Shown in pieces: positions 51,401 to 64,000 of a stretch of 64,000 bases of DNA (position 1 is its first letter; every line of letters begins with the position of its first letter). The notes under the pieces are model-generated. The model had not been told where the DNA came from and made no database searches. It saw nothing but the letters and a program-made list of their open reading frames with translations. The stretch is from Octopus sinensis (taxonomy: Eukaryota). A program made the translations under genes and the position numbers. Location of the stretch: contig NC_043013.1 in NCBI RefSeq assembly GCF_006345805.1, forward strand, positions 20,088,001 to 20,152,000, given 5' to 3'.

Positions 51401-52354
51401 CAGTTTATTTAATCAACAGAAGAAATTAACATAAAAGTGGCTGAATACTCCACATCATCATCATCATCATCGTCGTCGTCGTTTAACATCCGCTTTCCAT
51501 GCTAGCATGGGTTGGACGATTTGGCTGAGGGCTGGAGAACCAGATGGCTGCACCAGGCTTTAATCTTGATCTGGCAGAGTTTCTACAGCTGGATGCCCAT
51601 CCTAACTCCAACCACTCCGAGAGTGTAGTGGGCCAGATAGCCGCTCTGGCAATGATCACGCTCGGATGGTGCTCTTAATACCCTACTTGCACAGGGCTTA
51701 AGTGCCAGTAAGGTGACGCTGGTAACGATCACACTCAAATAGTGCCTTTTAAGTGCCACTGGCACGGAAGCCGGTTGGCCGCTCTGTCAATGATCACAAA
51801 ATAGCAAATGAACGAGACCTTCTTTCTAAGGGTGATACTCAGTTGCAACTGTTGTGTGATGTTGCATTCTACTTTTCTAAGCCACCACTGTTTCTGTGAT
51901 GCAGAAAATAGCTGCATTGGCCCTTTAGTATTCACACCAGCCATATGTGACGCTAATATTCTACATTTATTGGAGGCAAATGACTTGGTGGTTAGGGTGT
52001 TGGACTCGTGGTCATTAGATTGTGGTTTCAATTCCTAGACGGGGCTACACATTGTGTGACTTGAGTGGGGAAACTTGTGGAGGTTCAAGATTTAGTGGTT
52101 AAGGTGTCAGCATCATGATTGTAAGATTATGGTTTCAATTCCTGGACTGAGAGATGTGTTGAGTTCTTGAGCAAAACACTTCATTTCACATTGCTCCAGT
52201 CCACTCAGCTGGCAAAAATGAGTGACCCTGTGACAGACTGGCATCCCATCCAGGTGGGGAATCTATACGCCATGGAAGCTGGGAAACCAGCTCTTATCAG
52301 TTGGTATAACGCGAGAAGAAAGAAAACTAAATATCCTCTCTGTTTTATATTCAA

Positions 52355-52751
52355 CTAGCAGTATCGCCCGGCATTGCTCGGGTTTGTGAGGGAAATAACT
52401 ATATAAGCATTTTTAGAGATGTAAAGTATAATAGCCATCTCAATATGGCTAACCACAAGGGGGGGGGTGTTACTGTAGCTTTTTATGGTCTGAGATTTAA
52501 TAATAAATTTTTAGATAGTTACTTCCCTTATATATGCCAAAAATGCATTAAAAATGGGAAAAATTGATAGTAAATTTTTTTTTAAATCGTAGACTCATCG
52601 TAGATGCGCGCTAATACCCAGAAGGGCTCGATATGAATCACGACTATAAGATACCCGGTTTTGGTTAAACTGCACCGCAAAATGTGGGAGTAGTTAGGCA
52701 TCTAAATCATAGGAGACAGACAGCACACAACCTCACTTTTATATATAAAGA
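52355..52751 (-). mobile_element. Non-autonomous Helitron (longer copy)
   Basis: Same family as 19507-19805 with ~100 bp extra internal sequence; TC...hairpin-CTAG termini, A|T insertion. Confidence 0.88.
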
Positions 52752-53951
52752 TATGACCTCTCACACCTGTCTTACAATGTCTTTCTAAAAATAGAACAGT
52801 CACACCACCGAAACCTTGAAGCTTTGAGGTAATGCATGATTAATTCAAAATAGTGTGAATAAATACGCATCACATTTAACAGCAATCTGAATGCTAAAAG
52901 GTTAAAATATTGATGTTCTGATTATTAAATCTATAATCAAAGGTGTTTGTATCATTATCTTTCATTCAGACATAGTGTATCTAAGACTACATTGTCTAAT
53001 GTATCCTTCCTTCTTGTAGTTTAGCCCCAGATCAGGTCCTAATCCAACAGACCTATGATCAAAGATATTTCAACTGTGACTTTTCTGTCTTTCATCGGAC
53101 TAGTGTATCTAAGACTACATTATCTAATTTGTCTGTCCTTCCTTGTCGTGATCCTACATTCAGACCTATGATCAAAGCTGTCTGTCATTCAGACATTGTG
53201 TATCTAGGACTACTTTATCTAATGTGGCTTTTTCCCTTTTATAATACTGTAATGTTTATGTGTGATTTGAAAGAAATCTAACTGTTATTTCTAGCAGGAC
53301 AGCAACCATGTAGAGGCACCCTTATTAGTTTGAGAAAATATTACTAACTACAGTAGACAGTGTAGCGCTGGTAGTTGTAGTTAGGGTAGAGGCGATGGTG
53401 GTAGTGGTGTGTCATTGTAGCTATAACAGTAATGATATTGATGAAGGTGGTGGAAGGGGTAGTAACAGTAGTGGTGGAGGTTGAGTGGTAGTGGTGTTGG
53501 TGGTGATGATAGCTCTAGTGGTGAGGTTAGTAGTAGTAACAGTAATGGTGGTGGTTGTAGTAGTAGTAGTAGTGGTGATGGTGGTGGTATTGGTTTGTGG
53601 TGATTGTAGTTATAGTTGTAGTAGTATTGATGACATCAGTGGTATTGGCAGTGGTGGTGGTGGTGGTTGTGGCAGCAGTAATGAGTCTTTTGAGACTAAA
53701 CGTTTTGGTCTTTCCTCCATCTCCTCCTACTCCTCTTCTGTAAGGTTTTAATGGAAACTGGAACAAAAATGGAAAATCTTCAGATCTTCATCTATGAGTA
53801 ACAATAATGCCACCGACACCACCACCACCAGCATCAACAAGAACAACAACAACATCACAGTATGAGAAACAAAAACAAACACAATATGCAGTAACAACAA
53901 TAGATAACAACAAAAGAAACAAGTGTAGGTATATTTGTATGCATATATATA

Positions 53952-54002
<51 letters not shown>

Positions 54003-54051
54003 GTATATATATGTGTGTGTGTATATATATGAATATATACATATGTGTGTG

Positions 54052-54082
<31 letters not shown>

Positions 54083-54171
54083 ATATATGTGTATATATAT
54101 ATGTGTATATATATGTATATATATGTGTATATATATATGTGTATATATGTGTGTATATATATGTGTGTATA

Positions 54172-54216
<45 letters not shown>

Positions 54217-54542
54217 ATAGGGAAATCCAACAGATTGCTTCAAGTTTTTACATCAAAGACATGCTGGAGGAGTGGTGGTCGTGGGTGGGGAGCAGTGTTT
54301 TGTAGAACTTCATCAATATATCTTTGTCTCTATTGCTTTGATTTTTTTTTTTTTATTCATACAGTTTCATTTCGATTTCACACTCACACGTTTACTCACA
54401 TACTAGCACACACGCACACATGTATATACATACATACATTCATATATATATATACATAGACATGCACATTTATTGGTTCGTACCCAAATATATATATAAA
54501 AAAAAATGAAGTTATGACCTTGTTTGTGCATGTGTACATATA

Positions 54543-54578
<36 letters not shown>

Positions 54579-54744
54579 TATATACACACACACTTACATA
54601 CATCATGCACACACACACACACACCCATGTGTCTGTATTTCTGCGTGCATAAAACAATTTCTGTTTTAATTGTGGATTTCTCTGATCAGTTAATCTGATT
54701 TCATTTTCTTCCTTTCCCTTCTCTCTTGCTTTTTCTCTCTCACC

Positions 54745-54765
54745 ACTCACACACACACACACACG

Positions 54766-54796
<31 letters not shown>

Positions 54797-54870
54797 ACAC
54801 ACACTCACACACACACAAACACCACACACAAACACACACACACACACCACACACAACACACACACACACA

Positions 54871-54901
<31 letters not shown>

Positions 54902-54949
54902 ACACACACACACACACACTCACACACACTCACACACACACGCACACAC

Positions 54950-54983
<34 letters not shown>

Positions 54984-55002
54984 CACACACACACACACAC
55001 GC

Positions 55003-55056
<54 letters not shown>

Positions 55057-55063
55057 ACACACA

Positions 55064-55112
<49 letters not shown>
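54745..55112. repeat. Interrupted (CA)n microsatellite, ~370 bp
   Basis: Directly visible. Confidence 0.95.
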
Positions 55113-55117
<5 letters not shown>

Positions 55118-55628
55118 CTATGCTGTTGATGCTGAGGATGCACTTCATTACTACCCATTTTTCTCATCTTCTGTGATCTTCAGGCAGCAAAAACATGAAA
55201 CATACAACCTAATTGAGGGTTCCTGGAATAAAAGTACACCGATTGGGGGGGGGGGCATGTGGTATTCCTTTTAGTTTCCATTGGTTAGTTTTGGTCACAT
55301 GATGATGTCCCTGGCAACACCATCCAAGCAGGCTGCTGCTTTTCACCCTACATTCTCTACAATTCCTTATTCTGACATTTCCTCACCTTCTTTTCCATCA
55401 TTTTCTTCTATATATATCTTCATATTCCTCCCCTGCTTCTCCCTGTAATATGGTATATTCTAATTAATTGTTTTATATCATTATGTTAATTACCATGGCC
55501 ATCACTCACAAGGGAGTATAACTTGCAGCCTTGTACCCCACTTGGTCTACTTGCTTTCAGTGCCTGCATAGTCATGGAGTAGAGGAAAATATCCTCTCAC
55601 TTGTCCCTGCCACTTTAATCCTATAGAA

Positions 55629-55923
55629 TAGTGCTTCTCAGCCCCTTTTTTGCTAGTGGACTCCCTTGATCCTTATTTTATTCTAATGGACTTTCACAGC
55701 CATTTGATGTTTAAAAAAAATGCTCTCTTTTACTTGTTTCAGTCATTTGATTGTGGCCATGCTGGAGTACTGCCTTTAGTCGAGCAAATCAACCCCAGGA
55801 CTTATTCTTTGTAAGCCCAGTACTTATTCTGTTGGTCTCTTTTACCACTAAGTGATGGGGACATAAACACACCAGTTGTCAAGCGATGTTGGGGGGGGGA
55901 CAAACACAGACACACAAACATAT

Positions 55924-55966
<43 letters not shown>

Positions 55967-56531
55967 TATAAGTCAGTAAATGGTGGAACTGCGTTAACCG
56001 CACGTGGAGAAATGATAGGAGAAGAAAAAATAATAAAGCAGAATGCTAAACTGAAAGAAAATTTTAATAAAAATGGGTGTATGAAAAATTAAAAAAAGAA
56101 ATCAAACGGGCTTTCATTGCAAGGCAAATTTTCAAGGTTTGGAAGGGAAAAATTTTTTTTAAATTGGGCAAGGGGTAAAAAGAAATTTATAAAGTTTATA
56201 TATACATATATATGCCAGGCTTCTTTCAGTTTCCATCTACCAAATCCACTCTCAAGGCTTTGGTTGGCCCGAGGCTATAGTAGAAGACACTTGCCCAAGG
56301 TGCTATGCAGTGGGACTGAACCCGGAACCTTGTGGTTCGTAAGAATGCCACTTACCACACAGCCACTCCTATGCCTATGCAATTAAATTTTTATAATTAA
56401 ATGATATTAGGAATTGCATAAGAAATTGTTAAAATATTTTCTGTATTGTAGAAGAATAACCGGTTTATTGCAGATAAATCTGAGGAACAAAATTGTTTGT
56501 GGACCCCCAAGGGCCATATTGAGAACCACTG
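55629..56531. mobile_element. hAT-like MITE with nested SINE
   Basis: Termini tagtgcttctca / tgagaaccactg; flanks ctatagaa and ccatataa match at 6/8, compatible with a decayed 8-bp TSD. Confidence 0.65.
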
Positions 56532-57555
56532 CCATATAACATCCAAGATGTGATGGATAGAAAAAGGAGACCAGCACCAGAACCTAGATTATACTCATTA
56601 CAGCTGAGTGGTTTGAAATAATGGGAAATTAAGTACCTTGCTCAAAGCCAAACACATCATCTGGTCCAGATATTGAACCCACCTTCTCATAATTGTTGGC
56701 TCAGCACCCTAACCACTGGGTCACACACCTAATAAAAGAATTGTGAGGTAATGAGAGTCCTATGTATTGGACTAGCTTGTTATTTATTAACCAAGTTTGG
56801 TGCAAATGAGGCTATTGTAGAATAAAAGACACATACCCAAGGTGCCACACAGTGGGTCTGGGGCTATAGTAGAAGACACTTTCCTCAAGGTATCCCACAA
56901 TGGGTCATTATTTATGATAACCTAAGTTTGGTGACAATGAAGCCGTAGTAGAAGACACTCACCCAAGGTATCACATGTGGGTTACTCATAAACAAAGTTT
57001 GGTGACAATGGGGCTGAACCTGAATTTGTAGAAGATATAAAGTGCATATTTGGAACTGCAACCCAGAAAAGAGTGGCCTCAATGCAATTGACTACCCACC
57101 TTTCACAAAATTTCGGGCCTTGTGCTCATAGTAGAAAAACATATTAAACAAATTATTATAATTAAGTATCAATTAACATCACTAAATAAAAGGGATACTG
57201 AGTATCAACTGCTAGCACTAAATGGTTAATTAGAGTAATTAATTATGTGAACTAGATATTAATTAGTGTGATTAATTAATATATTTAATTATCAATATAA
57301 ATGTGTTAGTTTACAATAACATCATTTAACTGTGTTGATTATTGCTGTAGAATTATCAAATATTTCTTTTTTATTATTATTATTTTGGTTGTAGTGCACC
57401 TGTAGATGTTGTTGTTGTTGTTGGTGGTGGTCATAATAGTTTTAGTAGTGGACAGGAAGGTGGTGGACAGTGGTGTTGTTTCTAGTCTTGGCGTTGATTA
57501 GTTCCCAGGTCAACACTAATTTCACAGAACTATGATCACAAACCATGGACTCCTG

Positions 57556-57610
<55 letters not shown>

Positions 57611-58999
57611 TTGTAAATCTTTCCTTCTTTCTATTCTTTGTCTCTTTCTCTCCCACAACCTCTGTCTCCCTCTCCCTCTCTCTTTCTTCTTCACTTCCTT
57701 CCTCTTTCTCTTTCCTCTTTCATTTCCTCTTCTCTCTCCTCTCCCTCTTTCTCTTTTCTGTTTCATTTCCTCTTTTCTCTCTCTCCTTCTCTCCTCTCTG
57801 TCTCCTCCCACTCTCCCTCTCCTTGTTTGTGTATCTATCTCTGTGTAACTTTTTCCTTCTCTCCTCCTGTCTCCTCTCCCACTTTTTCTCTCACCCTCTC
57901 TTTCCTGCCTTCTTCCTGTCTCTCTCTTTTCTCCATCGTCTCTGTTTTTCTTTCTCTCTTTTGTCTCTCTCTCTCTCCCCCTTCTCCCTCCCTTTTTTAT
58001 ACTCTGCTGTAAATTCAGCACAGCATCCATTAGTTTCATCAAAGAAATTAGTGTAGAGAACTGCAGAGCAAAAGAGGAATTAGTTTACTAATATACACAG
58101 AGGAAGCACGGCTAATGATGTGTTAAGCCGCAAGACTGATCTTGGTAATTTCTTTGATGTAAAACCCAAGTATAAGTTGCCTCTAGTATGCCCAAGATAC
58201 ATATGCTCAATCAGAAAGCTACGAAACCCATTGAATGGGCCTGGATGGCCAGGCCACAGTGAGGCAACTGAAGGAGGCTTCAGTTTTTGACAGACCACCA
58301 TGTGATGACAAAGTGAGATTGTTCTCTTTGACGGTGGACCACAGTGAAGAAATACAGTCAGGCTTCAGTCTTTGAATGGATCACAGTGGACATATGCTAT
58401 CCTGTTAAGCGCATTTGTGTTATTTTCCAATAGTATTTTGTCACTCCATTCTCAAGGGATAATAACCTAAAGATAACCAACTTTGATGCTTACTTCTATA
58501 GTTTACTGTGATTCTTGACCAGAGGTGGGGTGATTTAAAAAGCTTATTTGGACTAAGTGATGGACATACTGAATTACTTGCATCACCATCATCATCATCA
58601 TCATTTAACGTCCGCTTTCCATGCTAGCATGGGTTGGACGATTTGACAGGTCTGGCGAACCAAACTCCAATCTGATCTGACAGAGTTTCTACAGCTGGAT
58701 GACCTTCATAACGCCAACCACTCCAAGAGTGTAGTGGGTGCTTTTACATACCACTGGCATGAGGGCCAGTTTGGTGATACTGGCAACGGCCATGCCCAAA
58801 TGGTGCTTTTTACGTGCCACCTGCACAGGAGCCAGCCCAGAGGCACTGGCGACGACAGAGATTAAATTGCCATAACTCAATTGTCTACTCTATGAATTCT
58901 ATTTCTTCATGCCAAGCTTGTTCATAATTATTCTGCTTGAAAACTGGGAACCTAATTGTGTGAGCTGGAAATTGGTGATGCAGCTGGCAGGTTTGTGAT

Positions 59000-59400
59000 G
59001 TCAAACTTCAAACTTAAAATGCTGCTAAATATAGATTTGAGCATTTTTGCAAAAATGCTTGCCAAGAGGTTGACCTTTGTTTTAGGACATGTAGTTGGAA
59101 ATGTCCACAGTTGAGTAATCTCTCACAGATCCATGACAAACTCTGCTTATTATCATACAAGAATTAGTTTGGTTTGAGTAAGGCACTGATCCATTTGGAT
59201 CATGCCAACAATTATGGAAGAGTTGATGAGTTGAACTGGGTTACCTGACAGCAGTCTTAAGAATAATTGGTTTTGGTTTGCAGAAGCTGGATCACTAAAC
59301 CTGCCTAGTGATCAAACTAAATGACCACTTTGCACACTTAGTCCATCATGCGTACCGACTTCACTGTCTTCTTGATGCGTTGACCCTGGAGCTTATCTCT
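59000..59400 (+). mobile_element. L1/Tx1-clade RT relic
   Basis: NFKLKMLLNIDLSIFAKMLAKRL (cf. NFRPITLLNxDxKILAKxLAxRL), IHDKL, ALIHLD, VHHAYRLHCLLDALTLE (cf. VRQGCPLSPLLYVLTLE, same spacing). Confidence 0.65.
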
Positions 59401-60289
59401 TCCATAAGACACATAAGAACATACATTCCAAAGTGGTCAAATGTCTGTTGGTACAATCTCTAGGGGTCAGGCAGTCATGAAGACATTAGCTACTTTCTAA
59501 GTGAGACAGGATACTTTGCTTACAAACTTAACCAGTTCTTATCCATTTGGAAATCCAGTCTAAACTAGATTTTGAGCACCTTAACTGAGCCCACAATTTA
59601 GAAACTGAAGAAGCTGCTGGCTAATGTGGTCTTGCCTCACCAGGTGCCAAGCTGCAACCCAACTAAAATACCTTGATTCATGTCTGTTCTCGAACACTAC
59701 TAGCATTTCTTCCAATGTGATGCTGACCAGCTTTATTTGCTAAGTATTCATTCATACAATAAAATCTAGTTCAAGTGGGATGCATTTAGAAGTCCCTATC
59801 TTTACATTCTGAGCTCAAATCCTATCAGAGTCCTCTTTCATCCCTCCACATTACCAGCAAAATGCTGGGCTTGATTCATTTGACCAACCTTTTCTTCACT
59901 AAAACTGCTGGCTTTGCACCTAAATTAGAAGACTGTTTCAATTATTACCATAACAATCATCATCATCATAAGACATTAATGCTTAGCACATTCCCATCTC
60001 ATCACTGCCCCCGCCCCCCAACTTCTTTAGCTGCTGTAACTTTTCAGAAAACCCCTGTATCAGTTAATTAACAGGAACCATCTATCATGTGATTCTTAAT
60101 TATCGTGTTCATGTGGGTGCAGGTGTGTAAAACAAAGTCATTAGTGCATTAGGAAGATTATTTTTTTGTACTCTGGATCTCTCCTTTCTGAGTTCAACTC
60201 TTACCAGAGTACACAATCAACCCCAGTGCTCAACTGGTACTTCTTTTACAGATTTCAAATTTTGACACAAGGCCAATAACTTCGGATAA

Positions 60290-61015
60290 GGGATAAATAG
60301 ATTATATTGACCTCGGCACTCAGCTGGTACTTCTTTTATTGACCCCAAAAGGATGAAAGGCAAAGTCGAACTTGGCAGAATTTGAACTCAGAACGTAGCG
60401 GCAGACGAAATACCTATTTCTTTACTACCCACAAGGGGCTAAACATAGAGGAGACAAATAAGAACAGACAAACGGATTAAGTCAATTATGTCGACCCCAG
60501 TGTGTAACTGGTACTTATTTAATCGACCCCGAAATGATGAAAGACAAAGTCGACCTCGGCGGAATTTGAACTCAGAACGTAGCGGCAGACGAAATACCTA
60601 TTTCTTTACTACCCACAAGGGGCTAAACATAGAGGAGACAAATAAGAACAGACAAACGGATTAAGTCAATTATGTCGACCCCAGTGTGTAACTGGTATTT
60701 ATTTAATCGACCCCGAAATGATGAAAGACAAAGTCGACCTCGGCGGAATTTGAACTCAGAACGTAGCAGCAGACGAAATACCTATTTCTTTACTACCCAC
60801 AAGGGGCTAAACACAGAGGGGACAAACAAGGACAGACAAACGGATTAAGTCGATTATATCGACCCCAGTGCGTAACTGGTACTTATTTAATCGACCCCGA
60901 AGGGATGAAAGGCAAAGTCGACCTTGGTGGAATTTGAACTCAGAACGTAGCAAAGAGTGAAATACCACTAAGCTTCTGGTCCTGCACACTAATGACTCTG
61001 CCAGCTCGCTGCCTT
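60290..61015 (-). repeat. Tandem array of SINE-derived 184-bp units
   Basis: gaatttgaactcagaacgtag at 60378, 60562, 60746, 60930. Confidence 0.95.
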
Positions 61016-61949
61016 ACTGAATAATGATTATAATAGGTGGTGCTCCAGCATGGCACACAGTCAAATGACTGAAAGAAGTAAAAGAGTAAAAGAGAATAAT
61101 AAAGTCATTAATGTGCTGAAAACGAAAAAAAAATATGTGACTGACCTGACATCTGGTGTGTGTGTGGTATGGCATGATGGAAGGTGTGTGTGTGGGGGGC
61201 GGGATGGGTAGTGTTTGTGTGGGGAGAGTAGAGGGTGTGTAAGGGGTGTGGTGTGTTTTGTAATTAATCTGTCATTATGTTGCCGTGATGGTGATGGGGG
61301 CGGGAAGGGTTAAAGCAATAGAGGTGGGAGTAGAATTATTCATCCTGTTGGTATTGATAAGTAGCGATGACTTTTGTGTGTGTGTGTGTATGTGTGTGTC
61401 TGTGTGTATGCGTCTGTCTCTGACACACACACACAGATAGAAATGCTAACATAGTCATATACACACACACACATATATATATATGTATGTACACATATGC
61501 TGTACGATACACATGCAAGCATGCATACTAACACAAGCACATGCCTACACTCATACACACATTCACCCATATGCAGATATATAACAAGTACACATACACA
61601 TGCACGCACACACACACACATACATACATATACATATATTTATATGTATGTATATGTATGTATGTATGTATGTATGGTGTGTGTGTGTATATATACATAT
61701 ACATACAAACATCATATATATATAGACTGATAAAATGTATACATGCACAGGCATATATATATATATATATTATATATATATATGGTATGTGTGTGATTGT
61801 TTTGTGTATAGAAGAATATATTAATAAAAGAATTCCAACCTTGTCTGATTTTCACGTTTTATTTACAATCTTATAATGATATTATAAGATAATATATTAT
61901 AATTGAATAAAATAAAATGAAATAGTAGAATGTAAATATTCATTCTGAT

Positions 61950-61994
61950 TGAACTAGTACTTTCATGCATTGAATTCTGCAATCTTCGGGTTCA
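61950..61994 (-). ncRNA. Minimal hammerhead ribozyme motif with one core substitution
   Basis: Minus strand: TGAAC-C(C)GAAGA-tTGCA-gaattcaa-TGCAt-GAAA-gtac-TA-GTTCA; U4 replaced by C; palindromic AGTACT stem III. Confidence 0.7.
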
Positions 61995-62057
61995 TGTAGT
62001 AGTGTTGACAGTCATGCTTCACAATTTTTGACTGTAGCATGATGATTGATTCTGTGC

Positions 62058-62170
62058 TATAAATACAGCTGGGTAGGCTCAGAGTGCTAGGTTTTGCAAA
62101 CTGTATTCTGACCAATCAGTGTGTAGTATCACTCAATTACTTAAGCTGATTGGTTGGTTGAGCTGATTGG
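62058..62170. promoter_or_regulatory. Putative pseudo-LTR promoter motifs (three CCAAT, one TATA-like)
   Basis: CCAAT at 62112(+), 62149(-), 62166(-); TATAAATA/TATTTATA at 62058-62065; lies between the PLE ORF end and the hammerhead. Confidence 0.4.
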
Positions 62171-62494
62171 TTTAGGCATCACGCTTGTTGGACATGTCAA
62201 GAGTCCTGTATCTTGACCCTGGCCGAAGCAGCAATTGTTGGGTTATTTTTAGAAATGTTGTAAATATCCTTTGTCAGAGATTTTTATATTTTATATTTCA
62301 ATTGTCATCATCATCATTGTCAGCACCTTAATTATTGTTGCTAGTGGTGATGGTTATGGCAATAGAACTTTTAACCCTAAATAAGATAATTTTCCTGCTA
62401 TCTTCGTCTTGATCACCTTTAGTATTGTTGTTGTTGTTAGTGGTCATGGTCGTAGCAGTGGAAGTAATACCTCTAAGTATTATTATTATTATTA

Positions 62495-64000
62495 TTGCTT
62501 ATTTAGCTTGGGTTCGAATTTATCAATAAATTCTTTTCTCTGATTTTCCTCTCGATTTCACTTGGGCTGTGTAATTTGTAGAATGGAAATATTATATATA
62601 TTTTCCGACCACATGTTGCTAGGTGGTTACTCAAAGGTATCTGACGGACCTCGGGTCTCTAATCTGTTGCCGGTGTACACGTGAGCGTTCTAATAGTGCG
62701 TTTCCCGTCTGACCTACATATATTTCTTCACAATTGGGCATTTGATGCAGTAAATTAAATTCTGCTTTTGCAGTTCATATTCGCGTTTGTGAATATTTTC
62801 CCGGTTTTTGTGTTTATATATTGACCGGTATGTATGAATTGGCATGTGCCACATCGGCTATCATTGCATTTAGATACCGTGAATGTTTGGTCTTTGTTGC
62901 TGAGGTCAAATTTTGCCTGTGTAGTAATGTTTTCAAGTTTTAGGCTGTCTTTTACTAAGCACCATAGCTCGATCCGTGATTATGTCTTTTAATTCATTAC
63001 TTTGGGCAATGATTGGTAGGTTTGCTTTGGCAATGTTGAAGATATTCTGGTGACATGGGGTGTGTCACTATGAATGGTATGACTTGTTCTTGTTTTCCTC
63101 TTCCTTGGGTTGTCCTAAGTTGTTGTATAGGTATTTTTATAGCCCGCTGTATGCCATTTTCTATAAGTAGAGATGGGTATTTTGTTTGAGCAAAAATTCT
63201 CTTAGTTCTATTAGGCGTTTGTTCCTGATATTTGCATCTTCTACAATAGTACAAATTCTTCTGGCTAGGCAGTATGGGATGTTACGTTTTGTATGTGGTG
63301 GATGGCACGACTTGAAATTTAGGTATTGATGTGTGTCTGTGTGTTTATAGTATATATCTGTGGTGATGGTGGTGTCTTTTTTTAATTACCATTATATCCA
63401 GGAATGGTAATTTGGTACTACTCATCTCCTTTGTAAATTGGAGAGAGGGTGTAGGTTGTTCAGGAGGATATTGAACTCTTCCAGAGTATTTAGAGATTCT
63501 GTCCAGATTATGAAACAGTCGTCTAGGTATCTCTCCATGCCTTTTCAATATACTTTCTAAACCAGTGCCATAGTTTACCTCCACCTCTTGGTAGAGTTGT
63601 TCTTCTAAGTATCCCATTACAGAGTGGCGTAAACGGGAGCAAACCTCGTTCCCATCGCCGTGCCTCTAATTTGGATGTAATTCTTTCCATGAAGAAGAAT
63701 GTGTTATTTCTAGAATAAGCTTGACTGTGTCTAATATAAATGGCACTGTGAATCTGCTGGGAATCACTTCTCTATGTTTTTAACCAGTATTTAATCGCCT
63801 TTATCCTAAATCGTGTGGAATATTGGTGTAGAGGCTTACCACATCAAAACTTAGTAAAAATGAATTTGTTCCTGTTGTTTGGGAAGATGGGACAGGAAGT
63901 CGATGTCATCCCTGATGAAACTTGGTATGTAAGTACATAGTGGTTTCAAAAACAATGTCAATAAAATTGCTTAGACGGTGTGTAGGGCTGCTGGACCAGC
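62495..64000 (-). mobile_element. Penelope-like retroelement, decayed RT + GIY-YIG ORF (runs off window end)
   Basis: SFDVVSLYTNIPH (~63813-63851), RGTAMGTRFAPVYA (~63625-63668), YLDD (63518-63529), LPFLDI, HTKRNIPYCLARRIC, NLIYCIKC...IYVGQTG...RVHRQQI, KFEPKLNKQ*; several frameshifts. Confidence 0.95.

Noticed and set aside
58080-58290. Open frames on both strands with a branch-point-like tactaat...cag
   Set aside because: No recognisable homology and only weak donor sites.
60378-60950. CRISPR-like or retrozyme-like array
   Set aside because: Units are whole SINE bodies without unique spacers, and there is no CTGANGA core on either strand.
1-64000. Most ORF-track entries (YI/CV/HT-rich, poly-V/M/T/H, RE/LS-rich)
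   Set aside because: They are translations of microsatellites, low-complexity tracts or SINE bodies, with no recognisable domains.

Overview
AT-rich eukaryotic window saturated with microsatellites and retroposons. The repeat content matches what I recall of an octopus (coleoid cephalopod) genome; this is inference, not a database result. I could not recognise any host protein-coding exon, so the window looks intergenic or deep-intronic, and almost all ORF-track entries are artefacts of (TA)n, (CA)n or trinucleotide repeats. Supported content: a near full-length decayed Penelope-like element (RT + GIY-YIG, 62.5-64 kb); fragments of RTE, CR1 and L1/Tx1 LINEs; a Ty1/copia RT-RNaseH relic missed by the ORF track; a DD37D (maT) mariner derivative; two Helitron copies; piggyBac-like and hAT-like MITEs; and at least four tRNA-derived SINE families. 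The most interesting signal is a set of type I hammerhead ribozyme motifs in short, (TA)n-embedded, probably Penelope-derived terminal units. Several related units are fold-backs. One is a 335-bp-arm inverted repeat (40.6-41.4 kb) with an intact hammerhead core on each strand. There are also several local templated rearrangements. All coordinates were counted by eye and may be off by a few bases.
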